A stretch of 64,000 nucleotides of DNA from the human T2T-CHM13v2.0 reference genome, Homo sapiens: assembly GCF_009914755.1 (NCBI RefSeq), contig NC_060941.1. One strand, written 5' to 3'. Below the pieces are notes generated by a model. That model ran no database searches, was not told the origin of the DNA, and saw only the letters and a list, made by a program, of their open reading frames with translations. The position numbers and the translations under genes were made by a program. This document shows positions 46,890 to 64,000 of this stretch, piece after piece. Position 1 is the stretch's first letter. Each line of letters begins with the position of its first letter.

Positions 46890-47495
46890 AGAGGTGAGGA
46901 TAGACAGAGACTCCGAAGAGGCACAGGTAGGAAGGCCATGAGAAGACACAGGCAGAGACTAGAGCAATGCAGCCACAAGCCAAGGCGTGTTGGGGTCACC
47001 AGAAACTGGAAGAGACAAGGAAGGATCCTCCCCTGGAGGCTTCAGAGGGAGCATGGCACTGCTGACACCTTGATTTTGGACTCTGACCTATAGAACTGTA
47101 AGAGGATAAATTTCTGTTGTTTTTATTTATTTTTTTTAATTTTTTTGAGAAGGAGGCTAGCTCTGCCACCCAGGCTGGAGTGCAGTGGCACAATCTCAGC
47201 TCACTGCAACTCCTGCCTCCGGGTTCAAGCTATTCTCCTGCCTCACCCTCCTGAGTAGCTGGGATTACAGGCACCCGCCACCACACCTGGCTAGTTTTTT
47301 GTATTTTTAGTGGAGACGGGGTTTCACCATGTTGGCCAGGTTGGTTTTGAACTCCTGATCTCAAATGATCCACCCGCCACAGCTTCCCAAAGTGCTAGGA
47401 TTACAGGTGTGAGCCACCGTGCCCAGCCTAATTTTTGTTGTTTTTAAGTCACCAAGTTTGTGGTAATTTGTTACGGCAGCCCTGGGAAATGAATT
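46890..47495 (+). mobile_element. MLT1B/C-type LTR, 3' part
   Basis: ccacaagccaagg...caccagaaactggaagag...cagagggagcatggc...gataaatttctgttgtttt...gtaatttgttacggcagccctggga. Confidence 0.85.
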
Positions 47496-47692
47496 CAGTC
47501 TGCCTGTGCTGAAACCAGAATGTAGCCCTCTTTTCAATCAAGCTCTCTGACCACAAGAATACAGTTTACTGGGGTTCGAAGGCCTGGTCAAAAGAGTCTA
47601 AATGTGAATTAAGGGGTCACATAGCAGGTTTTTAAGTTTGAAAAAAGTACTGCCTTGATGACCCAGAAACTCCGGTTTAAAAAAAAAAATCA

Positions 47693-47995
<303 letters not shown>

Positions 47996-48990
47996 TCAAG
48001 GGTCCCCAATAATTTGGTAAGCTATTCAGAGAATTCTGAGTCTTAGAGCTAGGAAGGCAGAGATGACCTAGCACAGTCCTTGCCTAATACAGTAGATATA
48101 AATTCATTCTCCCATGCTTAGGTCAGAAATCATCCTACAATTTGATTTTTGTTCTAAATCAAATGACATCCCATTAGGCCTCCACTACTTTACAAAGTAA
48201 ATGAGAAATTCCAAAACTGATTACTCCTGGGGATGCTTTCCCTCTTGTCTGGTTACTGTAAGAATTTAAGCTTGCTCAATTCAAAAACCAGGAAGGCCTC
48301 CCCAGCACTTTGGGAGGCCAAGGCGGGTGGATCACCTGAGGTCTGGAGCTCGAGACCAGCCTGACCCATGTGGCGAAACCCCTGTCGCTACTAAAAATGC
48401 GAAAATTAGCCTGGCATGGTGGTGCACGCCTGTAATCCCAGTTGCTCGGGAGGCTGAGGCAGGAGAATCCGGGAGACAGAAGCTACATTGAGCCGAGGTA
48501 GCACCACTGCACTCCAGCCTGGGCAACAGAGCAAGACTCAAAAAAACAAAAACCAGGAAGGGGCCTGGCCTTCAGGCTGCATGGGCACAGGCCAGCCCTT
48601 GGGTGTCTATTAGAAGTGGGTGGCCCCAGCCCCTCTATGCCAAACCTGGTCTGCTGCTTCGGAGGGGCATACATTGATCCCACCATATCTGAAGCTCTCT
48701 CACCCCCTTTCTGAACCTAGGGGCTGTGTGGGAGGGCGGCACACATCCCTGATGATGCAGAGTGTGCAGGCACTAACTCCTTCCCCAGGGTTGAGAGTAA
48801 GCAATTCCCTCCTTTGCAATGGAGCTCGGCCTCTTCTCTTTCCAGCCTCCCACAACATCTGCCTCCCTTAATAAACTGCTCATTTCACACAACTCCAGGG
48901 GTAGAAGACAGAGCCTCCCCATAACTTCACCTCTCTGCCCTTATCATGTACATAACTTCACCTCTCTGCCCATATCACATAGCTCTTTAA

Positions 48991-49185
<195 letters not shown>

Positions 49186-50715
49186 TGAGTAGCTGGGATT
49201 ACAGGTGCGCACACCCGGCTAATTTTTGCACGTTTAGTAGAGATGGGGTTTCACTATGTTGGCCAGGCTGGTCTCAAACTCCTGATTTCGGGTGATCTGC
49301 CTGCCTCGGCCTCCCAAAATGCTGGGATTACAGGCATGAGCCATCGCACCCAGCCTAAAAAAATACCTGTTTGTTCATTTGTTTTTGAGCCATCCATAAC
49401 AGTAGGAATACCAAACAAACAGCTCAATAAATCATGCTCCACATTATTCAGTGGAAGAGTCCTGAGGTCCTGGTTCTCTGTAGAGGTTCTTTCTTGGATG
49501 CATTGATACACAATGGCCTCATCTTGGTTCCGTTTGCCTGCGAGGTCTTTAGATATTTTCTTGCTCAAAGTAACTGGAAATACTCTAGGACTTAACTTTT
49601 GAAAACGACAGAATGGTTTGGTGTTTTCAGATGCATCTGGAAAAAGGAAGTGAAGATGGCTCCCAGCAGTTGTCTTCATTTAAATTCTCTTTGAGTAGCA
49701 GAGCTGAATGATTCTATTACAAACCCCAGGATTCCAAGGAAACAGCTTTGACAGTCAGTTCATCCCTTTACAGGCAAAACAGGTAGTTCATAAACATACA
49801 CATTTCAGCATGATACCATCTCAGAATACGCAGTATCTAATGCACCTCCAGCAAATGCTGGTGTAACTACTATAACCGATAGAGGTTTCTGTTTTTATTT
49901 TGAGACAGGGTCTCACTCTGTCGCCCAGGTTGGAGTGCACTGGCGCAATCTCGGCTCACTGAAACCTCTCTGCTTCCCGAGTTCAAGCGATTCTCATGCC
50001 TCAGCCTCCTGAGTAACTGGGATTATAGGCGCATGCCACCTCCAGCTAATTTTTGTATTTTTAGTAGACACGGGGTTTCACTATTTTGGCCAGGCTGGTC
50101 TGGAACTCCTGACTTCAGGTGATCCATCCACCTCGGCCTCCCAAGGTGCTGAGATTACAGGAGTGAGCCACCACGCCCGGCCCCATTACAGCGTTTTAAT
50201 CCAGATTGGAAATGCTTTCACAGAAGGAGCATTTGACTGTAATACTGGCCAGTGTTTTCCTCCACGCGAAACACTTGCCATAAACATTCACAAATAGCAG
50301 GGGAATTTAAAAACCAGGAAGGAAATGAGTGATAATGATCTCATGGGAAGGAACAGAACTTCCTCACAAAGACATAAATGTTCAGTACTCACTTGTATCC
50401 CATCCACCCTCTGCCTGGCAACTGAGTGTGCTTAGACTGGTGTCAAATAGTGAACAATTTGCCTGAATAGATCATCAAAGCTTCAGTAGTAACTGGAGTT
50501 TAGCAAACTTCTTTCAACGATACAGTGTATCTCAAAAACCAGAGAAGTATGTACATAATTAAACATTTTAGGTTCAAATTCTGAAAAAAAAATGGTCCAG
50601 GCCAAAAATGAAGTTAAATTCCAAATAAGAAAAGGGGCCGGGTATGGTGGCTCACGCCTGTAATTCCAAGTTTTGGGAGACCAAGGTGGGCAGATTACTT
50701 GAGACCAGGAGTTCA

Positions 50716-50940
<225 letters not shown>

Positions 50941-50973
50941 TCACGCCTCTAATTCCAGAACTTGGGGATATCC

Positions 50974-53144
<2,171 letters not shown>

Positions 53145-53649
53145 CGTATGGCCCTGTTGGACTTTGATATTTTTATCTAACTAGCAATCTATCCTCATAT
53201 AAATATCCTAGCTTCTCAAATACCCTTTGAACTAATTTTAACATCTTACTGGTTAATTCATTAATTAATAAGTTGAATAAAATATTTGATATGTATGTAT
53301 TTTATACTTGCATCAGTCATGACATTATCTTTTAAAAAAAAATAAGGTGTGCTGGGCGCGGTGGCTCAGGCCTGTAATCCCAGCACTTTGGGAGGCCGAG
53401 GCAGGTGGATCACAAGGTCAGGAGTTCAAGACCAGCCTGGCCAAGATGGTGAAACCCCGTCTCTACTAAAAATACAAAAATTAGCTGGGCGTGGTGGTGG
53501 GCGCTTGTAATCCCAGCTACTCGGGAGGCTGAGGCAGAGAATTGCTTGAACCCAGGAGGCAGAGGTTGCAGTGAGCCGAGATCACACCACTGCACTCCAG
53601 CCTGGGCAACAGAGCGAGACTCTATCTCAAAAAACAAAAAAAAAATTTA

Positions 53650-54529
<880 letters not shown>

Positions 54530-55139
54530 TAGCTGGGACTACAACCACGAGCCACCATGCCCAGCTAATTGTTGTATTTTTAGTAGAGACGGGGTTTCAC
54601 TACGTTGGCCAGGCTGGTCTCAAACTCCTGACCTCAAGTGATCCGCCCACCTCCATCCCCCAAAGTGCTGGGATTACAGGCGTGAGCCACCGCACCTGGC
54701 CCCATAATCTAAATTTTAGAGGAAGAATTTATTTCCACACTCTTACTGTAATCCCTAGGTATTGACAGCAGAAGAAAATCACATTATTCTTCTAAGATTT
54801 GCATTCCAAAAGGTGAAGGATATGTGGTCTTCTGTAGCAGGTCCATTAAGCGGGAATATTGAATGAAACAGCTGCACTGCACTCTATATACAATGGAAAG
54901 CAATGGGGCAGCACCAGGAAACCAGCTGTTTAGTATTCTGTAGTGAGGAGCTGTATTGTGCATTCAGTAGTAGCTGACATGATGTGCATTTTAAGAAGAA
55001 TTTTATTCCTTTATTTATTTATTTTTGAGATGGAGTCTTGCTCTGTCGCCGAGGCTGGAGTGCAGTGGCTTGATCTCGGCTGATTGCGACCTCCACCTCC
55101 TGAGTTGAAGCGATTCTTCTGCCTCAGCCTCCCGAGTAG

Positions 55140-55322
<183 letters not shown>

Positions 55323-55561
55323 TGAAGGTGAGTTAGCTCTTTTAAAGTTACTTAATTCTTAAAATCCTCAAAAATTCTAATTGAATCTAATGCTAAAAGC
55401 TCGATCAAATAAAATTAGTCTACATCATATTTCTTTAATCGTTTTTAGTTTCTGTACTTGCAAATGACATTTAAGCATTTAAAAAAGAAAATCATTATGA
55501 AACTAGAAAGTTTTCCCTCATAGTTCAAGAAAAATGTCCAAAGTTCAAGTTAAGGTATTAA

Positions 55562-55840
<279 letters not shown>

Positions 55841-55976
55841 TGATTAGCCCGCCTCGGCCTCCCAAAGCTCTGGGATTACAGGCATCCCGAAGCACCGCTC
55901 CTCGCCACGATAATAGATTTCTTAAAGACAAAGATGATTTTTACCATAGAGTTGGTACTTGCCACACATTAAATAA

Positions 55977-56228
<252 letters not shown>

Positions 56229-57142
56229 TAATTCTTTGTTTTTTTAGCAGAGATGGGGTTTCACCATGTTGGTCAGGCTGGTCTCAAACTCCTGACCTCA
56301 GGTGATCCACCTGCGTCGGTCTCCCAAAGTGCTGGGATTACAGCGTGAGCCACTGTGCTGGGCCGAGAACATTATTTCTACACCCTAGTTTCCGAAGAAA
56401 AGTTGGCCCAGATGTGCTTTTCTGGATACGTAAATAATGTATGTTTATTTAGCTATTTTTATTATTCATACCGAATAATCCCTTTTTATTTGTACCCAGT
56501 GATGCCAAATGAGCTTTCAATTTTTTGGTTTTAAAATCCTAAAACGTCCTTAATGGGTTTTGGACCGAAGACCATCTATTGAGAAAATAGGAGCGCCAAC
56601 TTTAATCATAATTGCTCAACTGGGACTCATGCACACGATACATACCCAATGTGGCTGAAATGACCCAATAGCGTTGGTCACGAGAAATGCCTCTTCTGTT
56701 GGCTCTTGCTCTCCTTGGCAATCGGTACAAAAAGATAGGAGTTTTTGAGGAATTGTCTTTACGTTTAGTGGGGTAAGATTTAAAACAGTAAGGCTGGGCA
56801 CAGTGGCTCATGCCTGTAACCCCAGCTCTTTGGGAAGCCAAAACGGGAGGATTGCTTAAACCCAGGAGTTCAAGATCAGCCTGGGCAACATGACGAGATC
56901 CTGTCTCTACAAAAAGTTAAACAAACAAACAAAAAACACAGCCAGGCATGATGGCACATGGCTGTAGTCATAGCTACTCAGGAGGCTGAGGCAGGAGCAT
57001 CACGTGAGCCCAGAAGTTCGAGGCTTCAGTGAGCAATGAGCTCTCCAGCCTGGGTGACAGAGCAAGAACCTGTCTCTAAAATAATAATAATCGGCTGGGC
57101 ACGTTGGCTCACGCCTGTAATCCCAGCACTTTGGGAGGCTCA

Positions 57143-57493
<351 letters not shown>

Positions 57494-57544
57494 TCAAGAG
57501 ATCGAGACCATCCAGGCCAACATAGTGAAACCCCGTCTCTACTA

Positions 57545-57748
<204 letters not shown>

Positions 57749-57929
57749 TTAAATTAAATAGTAACAGCTTTACCAGGAATTGTCCCTGCCTGGTCTACCA
57801 CATCACTCCTTTGCACATACATATCCTTTTGGTTTTAAAATATGCATGCTGAATGAAAGGTACATGAAAGGTCTTTGCACTATCTGTGCAATTTCCTCTA
57901 ACTATAATTATTTCCAAAAAAAGAAGCCA

Positions 57930-59340
<1,411 letters not shown>

Positions 59341-59520
59341 TCAAAAAAAGAAGAGAAAAAAAAGAGTTAAAGTGGCAAATTTTATATTTATTTATTTCAC
59401 GGCAAGTTTGTAAAAAGTCAATATACAGAGAATTTTTGTTTTGAGACAGGGTCTTGTTCTGTCCCCCCAGGCTGGAGTGCAGTGGCATGATAACAGGTCA
59501 CCACAGCCTCAACTTCCTGG

Positions 59521-60474
<954 letters not shown>

Positions 60475-60881
60475 CTGGGCTCAGGTGATCCTCCCCTCCC
60501 TAGTAGCTGAGATTACAGGTACATACCACCATGCCTGGCTAATTTTAAATTTTTTTGTAGAGATGTAGACTCACCATGTTGCCCAGGCTGGTCTCAAACT
60601 CCTGGGCTCAAGCCATCTGCCAGCCTCAGCCTCCCAGGGTCCTAAGGTTATAGGCATGTGCCACTGCAACCCACCCAGTGTTTAATTTTCAAAAGGTGAG
60701 CAGCTCATAGGTGAATTTAAAACCTTAACTTAGTTGTTAACACAGGATGATGCTATCATCAAAGAAATGATAATGTGTCTTAAAAACATTGTATTGTAAA
60801 GTTTATTCATACATAATTAAAACAGAAAATTATCCGCATAGCTATCTTAACCCTCCTTTTACTATATTAATGCTGGACTGA

Positions 60882-61239
<358 letters not shown>

Positions 61240-61509
61240 TGATCTGCCTGCCTCAGCCTCCCAAAGTGCTAGGATTACAGGTGTGGGCCACCGCGCCCAG
61301 CCTAAGTTCTTTAATTCCAACTTCTTAATATCTCTGGTGTGTATCCTTGTTTCTCCAAACTAACAGCCACTGCCTTTGTCCAGCCTAATACAGCTAATTT
61401 TGTAAAATCAAGTTTATTGACATATAATTCACATAGAATAACATTATTTTTAAGTGTACAGTTTCATGAGTTTTGACAAATGTAAAGAGTTGTAAAATCA
61501 AGGTTTACA

Positions 61510-64000
<2,491 letters not shown>

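Noticed and set aside
47540-47600. Faint similarity to the three-copy element (ctctgac, gaatac.gt, ctgg, cga.ggc)
   Set aside because: Only short scattered words requiring several gaps, and the fold differs
49254-49679. 141-aa minus-strand ORF, mostly in unique sequence
   Set aside because: No recognisable domain, ends in an Alu, and its length is within chance expectation

Overview
Human genomic DNA; the L1HS-Ta diagnostic bases at 62.7 kb are human-specific. The window is extremely repeat-dense: about 105-110 Alus (roughly 45-50% of bases), solo LTRs (MLT1/MLT2, two MER41, MER57, LTR12C, LTR2-family, another ERV1-type), old L1, Tigger and Charlie fragments, and a degenerate ERVL pro/pol segment at the right end. 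Almost all ORFs in the supplied track are Alu-derived artefacts, and I recognise no intact known protein-coding gene. Clear retrocopies are a 5S rRNA pseudogene, a 3' KRT18 fragment and a polyadenylated non-coding retrocopy (probably SNHG29). Signals not explained by repeats: (1) three diverged copies of a minus-strand element (177-3684) folding into a K-turn/SECIS-like hairpin with a GAAA tetraloop; (2) a locally duplicated, acceptor-flanked exon (31.3 and 34.9 kb) whose differences are mostly synonymous in one frame and which joins an upstream ATG/donor to give a 90-aa ORF; (3) a young L1HS-Ta insertion carrying a 242-nt 3' transduction; (4) several template-switch-type local duplications, including a 111-bp inverted copy pasted into an Alu; (5) apparently hairpin-rich unique sequence at 47-57 kb, which needs a shuffle test. 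Subfamily names come from recalled consensus sequences, not a database search.
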